The notes under the pieces were generated by a model. That model was not told where the DNA came from. It ran no database searches and saw only the letters and a list, made by a program, of their open reading frames with translations. A stretch of 64,000 bases of DNA, taken from assembly GCF_036365525.1 (NCBI RefSeq), contig NC_090397.1, forward strand, positions 69,693,781 through 69,757,780, read 5' to 3'. The translations under genes were made by a program, and so were the position numbers. This stretch comes from Heterodontus francisci (lineage: Eukaryota). Shown here piece by piece: positions 13,680-26,012 of the stretch (the first letter of the stretch is position 1; every line of letters begins with the position of its first letter).

Positions 13680-13978
13680 GGGCAGTATGAAATGAGGGGG
13701 CGTTGTCTAACAATTAGAGCCAGCCCTTTCAGGGGTGAAATTAGGAAACATGTTGACAAGCAAAGGATGGTAGAAGTTTGGAATTCTCTTCCACAAATGG
13801 CAATTGATGCTGGAACAATGATTACATTTTAAATCTGAGATTGATACATTTTTGTACCCAAAGGTATTAAGGGATATGGGGCAAAGGCGGGAATATGAAG
13901 TTCGGTCACAGATCAACGATGATCTTATTGAATAGGGGAACAGGGGCTGAATGGCCTCCTTCTGTTCCCATGTTCCTT
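13680..13978 (+). mobile_element. CR1 3' fragment
   Basis: QRMVEVWNSLPQ and 3'UTR GGGGCTGAATGGCCTCCTTCTGTTCC. Confidence 0.8.
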
Positions 13979-15295
13979 TGTCAGCTTTATTAACCATCAT
14001 TTGGTAAGAAGTTCATGTAGGGGATAATTTTGACACAAGGCAGGCAATATGGATTCATCATCCATTTTAGATCTCTCCCAATATTGAAGTCAATGGAAAT
14101 AAATTGATCTCCCTGACAATATCGCCCAACATCCAAATTAACTCCATAGAGTCAACTACATCAGAGTAACTAAAGTATGTTTTACAACAGTTAATTACCA
14201 GTACACCCTTTAATAATACCTCAGACACAACCAAACAATCATTTTACTAAATGGAAGCACTCATCTTCCGACTTGTACTTACAACTTTGACAGAATTCCT
14301 GTGATTTGCATTTACATACTGCTGTCATTTCGACACATGGGAAACTAGAGCGAACTGACCTCAAAGATTAACTACTCAAGCTGAATAGCCTCAACAGCTA
14401 GATCTGTGTCTGTGCTTTTCTTTCTACAAAAAAGCCTCACATTTTTCTAGTAATTCTAAAGCCATAAGGTCCTGTGATATAAACAAAGAAACTGACCTCC
14501 TGCCCCCAAAGTCTTTTAAACTGCTTAGATTATACTGTTCCAGGCTTTCTCCCAAACCGTCAGTGACTTCAAGTTGGAAAGCTATTTCCAGACGTTCTTC
14601 CCAGTTACAGATGTCAGCTCACAAATATTTTCCATTTATTTGCAAGGAAGTAACTGTCAAGGGTTAGCTGCTATTTGCAAACAGAATTATTTTTAGATAG
14701 ATTAAAACCTCAACAAGAGGGCCAATACAGAAAGCAACAGATGTACAACTGAAATCTTGAATGAACTTCTGAGCAAAGAACTTTTATTTCTTTTCACCCC
14801 TGAAAGGTGAAATATCTACTATTTACTAAGGGGTTTGTTATTCTTCACCTATTTTATTCCGGTTGGAGGAGTGACCTGTGTGTGTCACTCTCCTCATTTC
14901 GAGTTGCTGACAGGAGCCAATCTACACAAGCCTCCTGGGTTCCAGTGTTTGATATGGAAACCCAACTGTAGAGATGAATAGATGGTTGCTGCCTAGAGTT
15001 TTACAACTAGAGGCATGTTCACAGGTTCAGCTGTGATGACTCGTGTGGGATAAATGGACATCACTCATCACCTGGCTTCACACATAAAACAATCTGGGTG
15101 AGGTGCCAAAGGGATTCCAGCAGCCACAGAACCGCAACCATCCTGAGAAAGGGGTAAATGGTTGAACCCTGGGGCGAATGAAAACATTTTTTAAATGGTT
15201 CTTCAATGATGCTCAACAACTAGATTGTTAAATAAAGGATTGGCTTAAATGCAAAATAAAATTATATCATGGCATTCATATAGATTCTTTGGAAG

Positions 15296-16020
15296 AACTT
15301 TAACCTCCAAAAACAGGTAGGTTTGGGTTGGGTGGGAAGCTAAAATTTAATAAAAATCTCAAACCCAAACCCAACTCGTCTCAAACATAGGAACAGGAGT
15401 AGGCCATTCAGCCCGTCGAGCCTGCTCCACCATTCAATTAAATCATGGCCGATCATCTATCTCAACGCTACTTTCCCACACTATCGCCATATCCCCTAAT
15501 GTCCTTCTGATTGGCTGATTCTTTCTGCGTGACCTCTGATCCTCTGAGCTGGGAAGGAGGTGACCAACCAATCCTTTCCCAGGAGGTGGCTCGCTCATTT
15601 AAATATTTTAATGAACCTGCATGGAAGGCTTCAGTCCCTTTCCAGCACTGCTGTGGGCCAGGAGGAGGCGGAGGAGGAGGAGCGCTTCCCCCCAACATCC
15701 CCTACCCTGATATCACTGACCCTCCTTCAACAGTTGTTCCATCTCTGCCTCCCCGATCTCTCTCCCAACCCCCACAATCAGTCCCCTGCCTCAAACCACA
15801 CTGTACCGCCTCTCCTCCCCCAGCAATCTTTACCCCCAGTGGTAGGTAACCTACCTGCCTCTGCTCCGTCTGCTGCAGCGTTCCCACCTGACAGTGATAC
15901 AAGCCTGTCAATCAGGTTGGCCACCGAGTGGGGAACCTGCTAAAATAAAATCACATTCAACTCCACAGACCAGAACTCCTGCCCCGCTTGGAAATCCCAG
16001 CACAGTAAATATCGGGGCCT
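15296..16020 (-). mobile_element. GC-rich non-autonomous (MITE-like) element containing a CR1 3' end (15385-15510)
   Basis: The terminus GTAAATATCGGGGCC (~16005-16019) is nearly the reverse complement of GGCCCCGATATTGAC at 19882. The other end resembles 20530-20580 reversed. Confidence 0.55.
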
Positions 16021-16099
16021 TTATATCCATTTCACTTCCCTTTTCTTCTCTCTCCTGACTCGCACCAAATAGAACTCCATAGGCGCCATTCGTCCTAAA

Positions 16100-16365
16100 A
16101 ACTGCAACAACTTGCATTTCTATAGCACCTTTTAACCTAGTAAACCATCCCAAGGCCCTTCACAGGACCATTATTGAACAGCATTTGAAGCCAAGACACA
16201 TACAACGATATTAGAACAGGGAAGAGATATGTTTTAAGGAGCATCTTAAAGGAGAAGAGAAAGGTAGAGAGGCGGAGAGGATTAGAGAGGGAATTCCAGA
16301 GCTTAGGGACTAGGCAGTTAAAGGCACAGCCATCCATGGTGAAACGATTAAAATCGGGGATGTAC
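16100..16365 (-). mobile_element. L2 3' fragment
   Basis: CAACAACTTGCATTT.TATAGCACC tail; minus-strand AFNCLVPKLWNSL. Confidence 0.75.
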
Positions 16366-16414
16366 CTCATATAAGTGGTTGACAGTAGGCATGCTATTCA
16401 ACCATGAAGCACAT

Positions 16415-16890
16415 GGTCACACCAAGTCCCGTTCCTCTATCACCCCTGTGCTCACTGACCTACATTGCCTCCCGGTCAAGCAATGTCTTGATTTTAAAAT
16501 GATCATCCTTGTTTTCAAATCTCTCCATGGCATCACTCCTCCCTATCTCTATAATCTCCACCAGCCCCACACTCTCTGAGATATCTGCGCTCGTCCAATT
16601 CTGGATTCTTGTGCATCCCTGATTTCAATCGCTCCACTATTGGTGGCGTGCCTTCAGTTGCCTTGGCCTCAAGCTCTGGAATACATTCCCTAAACCTCTC
16701 TGCCTCTCCACCTCACTTTCCTCTCTTAAGCTACTCCTTAAAACCCAGCTCTTTGAACAATCTATTGGTCATCTGACCTAATATCTCTTTATGCAGCTCA
16801 GTGTCATATATTGTTTGATAACGCTCCTGTGAAGCACCTTGGGAAGTTTTATTATGTTAAAGGCACTATATAAATGTAATTTGTTGTTGT
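16415..16890 (+). mobile_element. L2 3' fragment
   Basis: ITPVLTDLHCLPVKQCLDFK..LVFKSLHG is the L2 RT C-terminus; ends (TTG)n. Confidence 0.85.
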
Positions 16891-17749
16891 TTAGGGAGTC
16901 TTGTTCTGTCCTTCCTAATAGCTACGTAAATCTTCCCCCAGGAGTTACTGGATGTTGATCAGGAATGGAAACCAGTGACTGGTTTATTCCCTCGCCCCTA
17001 ATTGCAGTGACCCCGGCTATCGGCTGAATAGCTTACACAGCACAGAAAATGGACTGAACTTGGATCCTTTCTGACGCCTTTGGCTTTCCGTCAGATGGGC
17101 TTATCCATTTGCCCACTGAATCACTTGGGAACCTGATTTTGTTTCAAACCATTTAAATCTAAAGTGTAAAATACAGACAAACAGAAAGGGAAAGGGAGAG
17201 AACATCAATAATATAGACAGTGCAATATAAATTGCCGCAACGTTTAAATGACAGCATCCGTTAACAACTATACTTCCCGCAGATGACAGGCTGATCAGAG
17301 ATGCACCTATTTACAGTCACACTACCAGAAGCCAGACCAGACCAGAAGCTGCATCGACAACATGGTCAGAATGTCCAGTTTTCCCAGGAAAGTAGGATCA
17401 TCTCAGCCTGGGAAACAGAGCCTGCCAGTGGGAGAGGGGGATCATCCAAGGAGTGGGGGGATTTATTTTTAATCCTGTGGCATCAAAATATAAAGGCAGT
17501 GGGAAAGGATATTTAAGACCCAAGTCACCATATAACTTGACCACTTTATTCTGGTAGAAGATGCTAATACAGAAATTACAAATGATCTCTCTTGAGATGC
17601 CAAAGTAGCATGTTTTAATCAGCAACAGCAGTATCAACTGAAGTCACACAGAGATGGTTTGGTAAAAAGGATGCGGCCACACCATCAAGCTGCTCTGTCC
17701 CAGTCACATGCTTACACCATGATGGACAATGTCACAAATCCTCAGAGTA

Positions 17750-18190
17750 TCAGCTGTGGCTCAGTGGGTAACTGTGGGTTCGACTCCTACTTGAGAGACC
17801 TGAGCACAATCTCATAGGTTGACAATCCAGTGCAGTACTGAGGAGGTGCTGCACTGTTAGAGGCACTGTCTTTCAGATGTGATGTTAAACTGAGGCCCTG
17901 TCTGCCTTCTCAGGTAGATGTAAATAACCCCATAGTACTATCTTGAAGAAGAGCAGGGAAGCTATCCCTGATGTCCTGGCCAATATTTATCCTTCACTCA
18001 ACATCACTTTAAAACAGATTATCTGGTTATTATTACATTGCTGTTTGTGGGATCTTGCTCTGTGTGAATTACTGCTGTGTTTCCTTAATAATAACAGTGA
18101 CTACACTTCAAAGTTACTTCATTGGTTGTAAAGCACTTTGGGATGTCCTGAGGTTGTGAAAGGTGCCATGAAAAGGCAAGTTTTCCTTTT
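17750..18190 (+). mobile_element. DeuSINE/SacSINE1-like SINE
   Basis: TGTGGCTCAGTGG head, TGTCCTGGCCAATATTTATCC core, L2-like tail. Confidence 0.75.
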
Positions 18191-18544
18191 CTTTTCACAA
18201 CTCTTCCATTTTGCATGCCTTCCACAGCATCACTGGTGCACACACCTACCCAAGCTGCTCTGTACAACACAAGTACATCAAACAACTGATAAAACTAACA
18301 ATGCCAACCATGTACTAAATGGGGAAATAAAGAAATCATTACAGAAACAAGCATTTCAACTCATTTGTTGATGTTCATATGGAGATATTACACAAGTCCT
18401 TCCTTCAATCACTAATTAATAAAAGAACATAGACTAAGAAAAGGCCATTTGACCCATTCAGCCAACTCTACCCTCATCCCATTAATCTCGTAAGGTAAAG
18501 GTCTATATGATTATACTTTGTTATCATGGCATAACTGAACAGCC

Positions 18545-18830
18545 ATTTTCAGAGTCAGCCACTTTGCTCTAGGTCTGGAGTCACACATGGACCAGAATTT
18601 CCCTTCCCTCAAGCACATCAGTGAAGCAGATGGTTTTTTTTTAAAAACAACAATCTAGCAGTTTTATAATCACCACAACTGGCATCAGCTTCTCAATCCC
18701 AAATTTATTTAACCAGTCGCATTGAAATTCCCCCAAGTGCCATGGTGGGATTTGAACACATATCTGTAAATCATCAACCCATACTTCTGGATTACTAGCA
18801 AGGCGATAGAACCACTACATTATCATCCCT
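18545..18830 (-). mobile_element. tRNA-derived SINE (same family as 36320-36665)
   Basis: Shares GGTCTGGAGTCACA, CCATGGTGGGATTTGAAC and TGGATTAC blocks with the 36320 copy. Confidence 0.65.
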
Positions 18831-18979
18831 ACATATAACTACCACCTTTATAATTATCCCCGAATCCCAAAAGGTAATCAAGAATATCTAACCATCTTCA
18901 CACCCCCAGTATTAAACTCTGCCTGTTTACTTTCCTCTGATGGCAACTCTTCGGCATAAACACAAATATTACTTTATTT

Positions 18980-19262
18980 TTATTCATTCATGGGATGTGG
19001 GTGTTGCGGCAGGACCAGCATTTGTTGCCCATTCCTAATTGCCCTGAGATGGTGTTGGTGAGATGCCTTCTTGAACCGGACAGTGCTGTCAGGGAGGGTT
19101 TTCCAGGATTCTGACCCAGTGACAGTGATGGAACAGCGATATAGTTCCAAGTCAGGACGCTATGTGATTTGGCAGGGACCTTGCAGGTGGTGGTGTTCCC
19201 ATGCGTCTGGTGCCCTTGTACCTCTAGATGGTAGAGGTCACGGGTTTGGAAGGTGCTTTCGA
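18980..19262 (-). mobile_element. 3' fragment of a second CR1-group LINE family (called family B here)
   Basis: Matches the 3' end of 22107-23192. Confidence 0.8.
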
Positions 19263-19881
19263 AGAGATTATTCCAAGAGAATATTTGATTGTCTGTCTAT
19301 ACTTATCCCTATAACATTATATCTCTATAATCTTTAATCAAATTCTTAACCAGATAAATTTAGCTTTCTGTCTAACGGGTTAATCACCAATTAATGTATA
19401 AGAAGTATGTCCCTTAAATCTATTATTCTTTGGAGGCGGGTGGGGGGGGGGGGAAACAGTTATTGTTTATTGTCTATGCGCTCAGTAATATGCTCACTGA
19501 CGCCAATCTAATCATTGCCTTGAATTTACATTATCAATCCATCACAGGACCACATGCTGATCCTCAATCATGCTATTGCATCACCCCAGCCAATGTATTC
19601 CTGCCCACTGACACCTCTGACCATGCGCTCTTCTGCTTGATAGGTTTCCACAGGATTCTGACTCATAAAAATGCACTTTTATGAGGACATAAACTAAAAT
19701 ACTGAAATGTATCAATCTTCAAATTGGTCTTTTGTCATTCTGAGGCTTAATTTGCAATCTCACAAATTAATGATAGAATTTTGGATATAGTGCATTGCCA
19801 CAGTATCTAACAAGAAGCAGTTCTACACTCTCACTTCTTTATAATGCCTTTGCACGGCCAAACCACTTTGTGTTGCAGCTT

Positions 19882-20580
19882 TGGCCCCGATATTGACTGG
19901 GGCGGATTACGTAGCTGGGGGTGAGGGGCGAGAGGAGATTTTACTCCATAACCTGCATTCTTTTTGCCCAAAAGGTTGCCCACTGGGAATCTGACTCCCA
20001 GTTCGGGCAGGGAGCACTCTGGAGGAGGCTGCAGCTACTGGAGTAGGTAGGCAACTTGCTGCTGTGGTAGTGGGAGAGTGCGGGGCAGGGATCAGGTGGT
20101 GATGCGACCCCTGAGGGGTTTAGATCCCAGGGGGCAGTTTCCAATCCCAGGGTGTTTGGGTGGGGGAATTCAGATGGACTGGGGGGGCGTCCAATGGCAG
20201 ATACGAAGGTAGTGAGGTCCACAGGGAGGAACCTCTCCTGCTCCTGTTGGCCCCAACCAGTGCTGTCAGGACACTTACCTCCCTCCCAAAGCTGCCTGTG
20301 CATCTCCCTTGAGCCGTCAGCTTTTCAGTTTCCTGAAGCCTGGGAAACCCAGCAAGCCAGGGCTCAAGCTGTCAGACTGGTTAAATGTGAGGCTGTCAGC
20401 CTGACTATAATAGTTAAATCCCCTGCCAGTGGATTGGGTGCCTGCTCCACATCCTGCCTCCGTTAAACCAAGAAGTGGACGGGATGGGGTCAGGCTGGTG
20501 ATCCTGAAAAATGTTTACATCTCATCTGACCTTAACACACCCATTTTTCTGGTTGGGGGGGGGGGGTTAAAATGACTCCC
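19882..20580 (+). mobile_element. GC-rich MITE-like element
   Basis: Starts GGCCCCGATATT and ends GGTTAAAATGACTCCC; related to 15296-16020 and 53500-54207. Confidence 0.55.
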
Positions 20581-21759
20581 CTTTTGTCTATTGATAGATT
20601 TATTTATTTTTATTATTTTTATTTAAAATAAAGAGTTCGATGAGGAAGGATGAGAGGAGGCTCGAGTGGCGTATAAACGCTGGCATGGACTGGTGGGGCC
20701 GAATGGCCTGTTTCTGTGCGCATTTTCTATGTCATGCTTTTTAAATTGTGTAAACATCACAGCCCTATTACCTCACTACAGGATAATAATTCTGAAGATG
20801 ATAAGGTACCAATAATATGTTTCTCAGACTACTGCCCACATCTGTGGAAAAATGTGCCGACACTATTATTCTTAGTGTAGGAGACAGGAGGTGCCCATTT
20901 GCATCAGTAAGCATCCCAAATTAATATTCATCATCATGGTACATAAACTTGGCCAAGGTGATTTCTTTTAGCTTTTATGTAATTTTCATGCTTCTGAAAA
21001 TCTTCCTGGCTCACGTCCATTTTCAAATTGCAAGATTAAAAACTTGACGTGCAAATGTGTGATAAGCGTAATAATTCCAGTAGCAAACGTTTTGCAAGAT
21101 TGTCACCACACAATTTTATTCAGTCTATTTTGACCAACTCCTGTAAAACATGAAAGGGAAAGCAGCCACAACACATGGCAACAGCAAATTTGGATCAAAA
21201 TTTTAAGGAGCAGTTCAGCAGTTTTAATTTATAAGAGCTATCACGCAACCCTTGTGGACTGATTTCGACGCAAGATTAAAGCAGGCAGTCAACAGTGAAG
21301 CCTTTCTGATCCCAGTTTAGCAACATATGATTCATCACAGACTTTTATCAAAAGTGCTGCAGGTCCAAACCCAGTGCACAGCACATAAAAAACACCATTC
21401 AGTATTCTTCATGGCGCACTCAACTGTTCAAACAAAGAACTCAAATGTTAAGTGACAATATGAAGTTATGCGTTTTCCTGTCAATAGGAAGTCGACTAAT
21501 GGACTGATGTTGAACAACGGAATCTGAGCTTAATGGCTGTTTATGTCAGGGAATGATGATGTACATGAGGTCAGAACTCTGGGAAGAAAAGGAGAAGTGG
21601 AAAATATAGGGAAAAAAGTTCACACATCAACTCGCTGTGACTAGAATGTAGTTTCATACGTTGCACTGCACAACTGAAACCTTTACTGAAAGGTTGCTGT
21701 ACTTGACCTAAGAAGTAATATCAATCCAGTTTGTCCCAAGCAGCCCCCTACCCCCACCA

Positions 21760-22106
21760 TCTTCCTCATATCACTGACATTTTTTCTCCTTCAAGTATTT
21801 ATCCAATTCCATTTTGAAGGCCACTGTTGAATCTGTATCCACCACCCTATCAAGCAGGACATTCCAAATCCAAAACACTCGTTGTGTAGAAAGTTTTTCC
21901 TCATGTCACCTAGGGCTCTTCTGTCAATCAAATTAAATCTATGCCCTCTGCTTATGGAACCTTCAGCCATTGGAAACAGTTTCTCTTTATTTACTCTAAA
22001 CCCTTCACGATTTTGAAGACCTCTATCCTCTTAATGTTCTCTGCTCTAAGGAGAATACAAACAGCTTCTCCAGTCACTCCACGTAACTGCAAACTCTCAA
22101 CTCTGG
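21760..22106 (-). mobile_element. Old CR1 3' fragment
   Basis: Degenerate CR1 tail; appears to resume after 23192 (ATTCCAGTAAATCTC). Confidence 0.65.
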
Positions 22107-23192
22107 AACCGACTGGTTGGAGTCATACCTAACGCAAAGGAAGATGGTTGTGGTTGTTGGAGGTCAATCATCTGAGCTCCAGGACATCACTGCAGGAGTT
22201 CCTCAGGGTAGTGTCCTAGGCCCAACCATCTTCAGCAGCTTCATCAATGACCTTTCTTCAATCATAAGGTCAGAAGTGGGGATGTTTGCTGATGATTGCA
22301 CAATGTTCAGCACCATTCGTGACTCCTCAGCTACTGAAGCAGTCCGTGTCGAAATGCAGCAAGACCTGGACAATATCCAGGCTTGGGCTGATAAGTGACA
22401 AGTCACACTCATGCCACAAAAGTGCCAGGCAATGACCATTGCCAACAACAGAGAATCTAACCATCTCCCCTTGACATTCAATGGCATTACGATAGCTGAA
22501 TCCCCCACTATCAACATCCTAGGGGCTACCATTGACCAGAAACTGAACTGGAATAGCCATATAAATATCGTGGCTACAAGAGCAGGTCAGAGGCTAGGAA
22601 TCCTGCAGCAAGTAACTCACCTCCTGACTCCCCAAAGCCTGTCCACCATCTAAAGGCACAAGTCAGGAGTGTGATGGAATACTCTCCACGTGACTGGATG
22701 GGTGCAGCTCCAACAACACTGAAAAAGCTCGACACCATCCAGGACAAAGCAGCCCGCTTGATTGGCACCCCATCCACCACCTTCAACATTCACTCCCTCC
22801 ATCACCGACGTACAGTGGCAGCAGTGTACACCATCTACACGATGCACTGCAGCAACGCACCAAGGCTCCTTAGACAGCACCTTCCAAACCCGCGACCTCT
22901 ACCAACTAGAAGGACAAGGGCAGCAAATGCATGGGAACACCACCATCTGCAGGTTCCCCTCCAAGTCACACACCATCCTGACTTGGAACTATATCGCCGT
23001 TCCTTCACTGTCACTGGGTCAAAATCCTGGAACTCCCTTCCTAACAGCACTGTGGGTCTACCTACCCCAAATGGACTGCAGCGGTTCAAGAAGGCAGCTC
23101 ACCACCACCTTTGCATGGGCAATTAGGGATGGGCAATAAATGCTGGCCTGGCCAGTGATGCCCACATCCCCAGGAATGAATATAAAAAAAAA
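22107..23192 (+). mobile_element. Family-B CR1-group LINE, 5'-truncated, with A-tail
   Basis: [42 protein letters not shown] and HSLHHRR motifs; ends GAATGAATATAAAAAAA. Confidence 0.9.
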
Positions 23193-23224
23193 TTCCAGTA
23201 AATCTCTGTGTAAGGTAATGTATC

Positions 23225-25690
23225 CTGGAAGGTTTCCCTCCTGCCCTTTATTTGGAGGCTGGAGTTTGGAAAATAAAGTTAATGTGGTTGGGGAGGGTTT
23301 AAACTAAATTGGCAGGAGGATGGGCACCAGAATAAAGAGGTAGAAAAGAGGAATAAGGTGCATAATGTGAGAGTGTTAGACAATACTAGAGAAGGGAGCA
23401 GTACCGTGTGAGATGGGAGCAGACTGAGAAGGACTACAAAGAATACAAAGACAGGTTTACAATGCATGTGTGTAAACTCACAAAGTGTGATGAATAAGGT
23501 TGGTGAGCTACAAGCACAAATAGCAGTATGGGAATATGATGTATTGGCAATAACAGAAACATGGTTTAAAAATGGTGAGGACTGGGCGCTTATTATACAA
23601 GGAGATAAAGTGTTCAGAAAAGATAGAGAAGGAGAAAAGGGAGGTGGGGTGGCAGAACTGATTAAGGAATACATTGTAGTGTTGCAAAGAGGGGATGTCA
23701 TTGTGAGGGCAAGGGTAGAATCTATCTGGTTAGAGTTGAGAAGCAAAAAAGGGTATAATCACACTACTAAGGGTATCCAAAAGGCCTCCAAGTAGTGAGA
23801 GATAGAGGAGTAAATCTGCAGGGCAGTCACAGAACTGTTCTGATGAAAGGTCACAAACCTGAAATGTTAACTCTGCTGCTCTCTCCACAGATGCTGCCTG
23901 ACCTGCTAAGTATTTCCAGCACTTTCTGTTTTTATTTCAGATTTCCAGCATCTGCAGTATTTTGCTTTTATACTACTTAATGAGTACTTTGTATCGGTGT
24001 TTACTAAGAGGATGCTGATAAAGTATCAGTAGAAGCAGAGTAGAGGCAATGGATTGGGTAAAAATTGAGACAGGGAGGGTGTATTGGAAAGGCTGGCTAT
24101 GCTTAGAGTGGTTAAGTCACCTAGTCCGGATGGCTTGCATCCCAGGTTGCTCAAGGAAGTGGAGTTGAGATAGCAGAAGGCTTACCATAATCTTCCAATC
24201 TTCCCTAGATATGGGGGAGGTGCTAGAAGACTGGAGAGTGGCAAATATGACACCCATTTTCGAGAAAGGGTGTAAGGACAGTCTTAGCAACTACAGGCCA
24301 TTTAGTTTAACATCAGTGGTGGGTAAAGTTTTAGAAATAATAATCTGGGGAAAAAAATCAACAGGCACTTGGAGCGGTTTGAGTTAACTAAGGATACCCA
24401 GCATGGATTTGTAAAAGGTGGATCATGCTTGACTAATGTAAATGAATTTTTAGATGAATTAACAAAGAAGGTTGATGAAGAGAATGCGGTGGATGTTGTC
24501 TATATAGATTTTAAGCAAGTTTTTAATAAAGTACCGCATAAACGGCTGGTTAACAAAATTGAGACTCATGGAATAGGATGGTCAGTGTCCAATTAGATTT
24601 TTTAAAATTGGTTCAAGGACAGAAAACAGCGAGTTGTGGGTAAATGGTTGTTTTTCAGACTGGAGGATGGTAGACAGTGGTATTCCCCAAGGGTCAGTGC
24701 TGGGACCACTGCTTTTTTTTGCTATATATAAATGACTTGGCTCTTGGAATACAGAGTAGAATTTCAGAATTTGCCGATGATATCAAACATGGAGGAGTGG
24801 CAAACAATGAGGATGATAGAAAACACCTGCAACAGAGCAGTGATAAGCTGGAAGAATGGGCAGGCAAGTAGCTGATGGAATTTAATAAAACAAGTGCGAG
24901 GTGATGCATTTTGGCATAAGGGATAGGGTGAGGAAATATATACTTAATGGCACAGTTTTAAAGAGTGTGCAGGAACAGAGGGGCCTGGGGGTGCATGTGC
25001 ATCGATCTTTGAAGGTGGCAGGAAATATTGAGAGAGTGGTGAGTTAATCATCTGGGATCTTGTACTTCATAAATAGAGGCATTGAGTACAAAAGCAGGAA
25101 AGTTATACTGAAACTTTATAAAGCTCTGTTTAGGCCCCAACTAGAGTATTGTGTCCAGTTCTGGTCACCACACTTTAGGATGGATGTAAAGGTCCTTGAC
25201 AGGGTGCAGAGATTTACCAGAATGGTTCCAGGGATGGGGGATTTTAATTACAAGGTTAGGTTGGAGAAGCTTGGGTTGTTCTCCCTGGAGCAAAGGAGGT
25301 TGAAGGGAGATATGATAGATGTAGAAGATTATGACAGGTAAGTTAGACAAGGAAAGACTGTTCCCATTAGCTGATGCTACAAGGACTAGGGGACACAGAT
25401 TGAAGGTTTTTGGCAAGAGATGCAGGGGGAATGTGAGGAAGAAATTTTTTATGCAGCGGATGGTAATGACCTCCCTGGAACTCGCTGCCCACAAGGGTGG
25501 TGGAAGCGGAGACAATCGATGATTTCAAAGGGAAATTGGATGGGCACAAGAAGGAAATAAACTTGCAGGGCTACAGGGATCAAGCGGGTGAGTGGGACTG
25601 ACTGGATTGCTCTGCAGAGAGCTGGCATAGATGGCAGACTCGATTGACTCGATGGGCCAAATGGCCTCCTTCCAGGTTGTAAATGACTCT
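23225..25690 (+). mobile_element. CR1 LINE (EN start, internal gap, RT, 3'UTR)
   Basis: YDVLAITETW, QHGFVKGGSCLTN, FADD and LEYCVQFWSPH motifs; interrupted at 23836-23972. Confidence 0.88.
23836..23972 (+). mobile_element. Penelope-like terminal fragment with a degenerate hammerhead motif
   Basis: CTGATGA(23840)-A-AGGT-cacaa-ACCT-GAAA-TGTTAAC followed by CCACAGATGCTGCCTGACCTGCT; homologous to 41893-42026. Confidence 0.7.
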
Positions 25691-25947
25691 TTGACAAACT
25701 TCAGGAAGAATGTTTGGAATTCTTGCCCTGCTCCCAAAAAGAAAGCCAAGTCTTATTCAAAGGGAAGGAAGCGATAACACAATAAAGGAGATGGGCAATA
25801 ACTGTTGGGCTTGTCAGTGAGGCTCACTGTAGATAATGAATTATTGGTGATGCATGGTTGATTGGCTTTGGGTCAAAACCGAGGTTAAAATGTTGCTACA
25901 TTCAACAACCCATTGCTAGTGTAAATCTTAGAACTATAATACAACAG

Positions 25948-26012
25948 CGAAGCTTTTTGTCTTGCACTCATCAGGACAATACGCAAGAATAACCAACGAA
26001 AGGGAAAACAAC
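25948..26012 (-). mobile_element. Penelope-like terminus with a hammerhead remnant; appears to continue at 28128-28410 beyond the LINE insertion
   Basis: Minus strand reads TTGTC-CTGATGA-GT-gcaag-AC-AAAA-AGCT-TC. An AACTT-like duplication flanks the intervening LINE. Confidence 0.55.
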
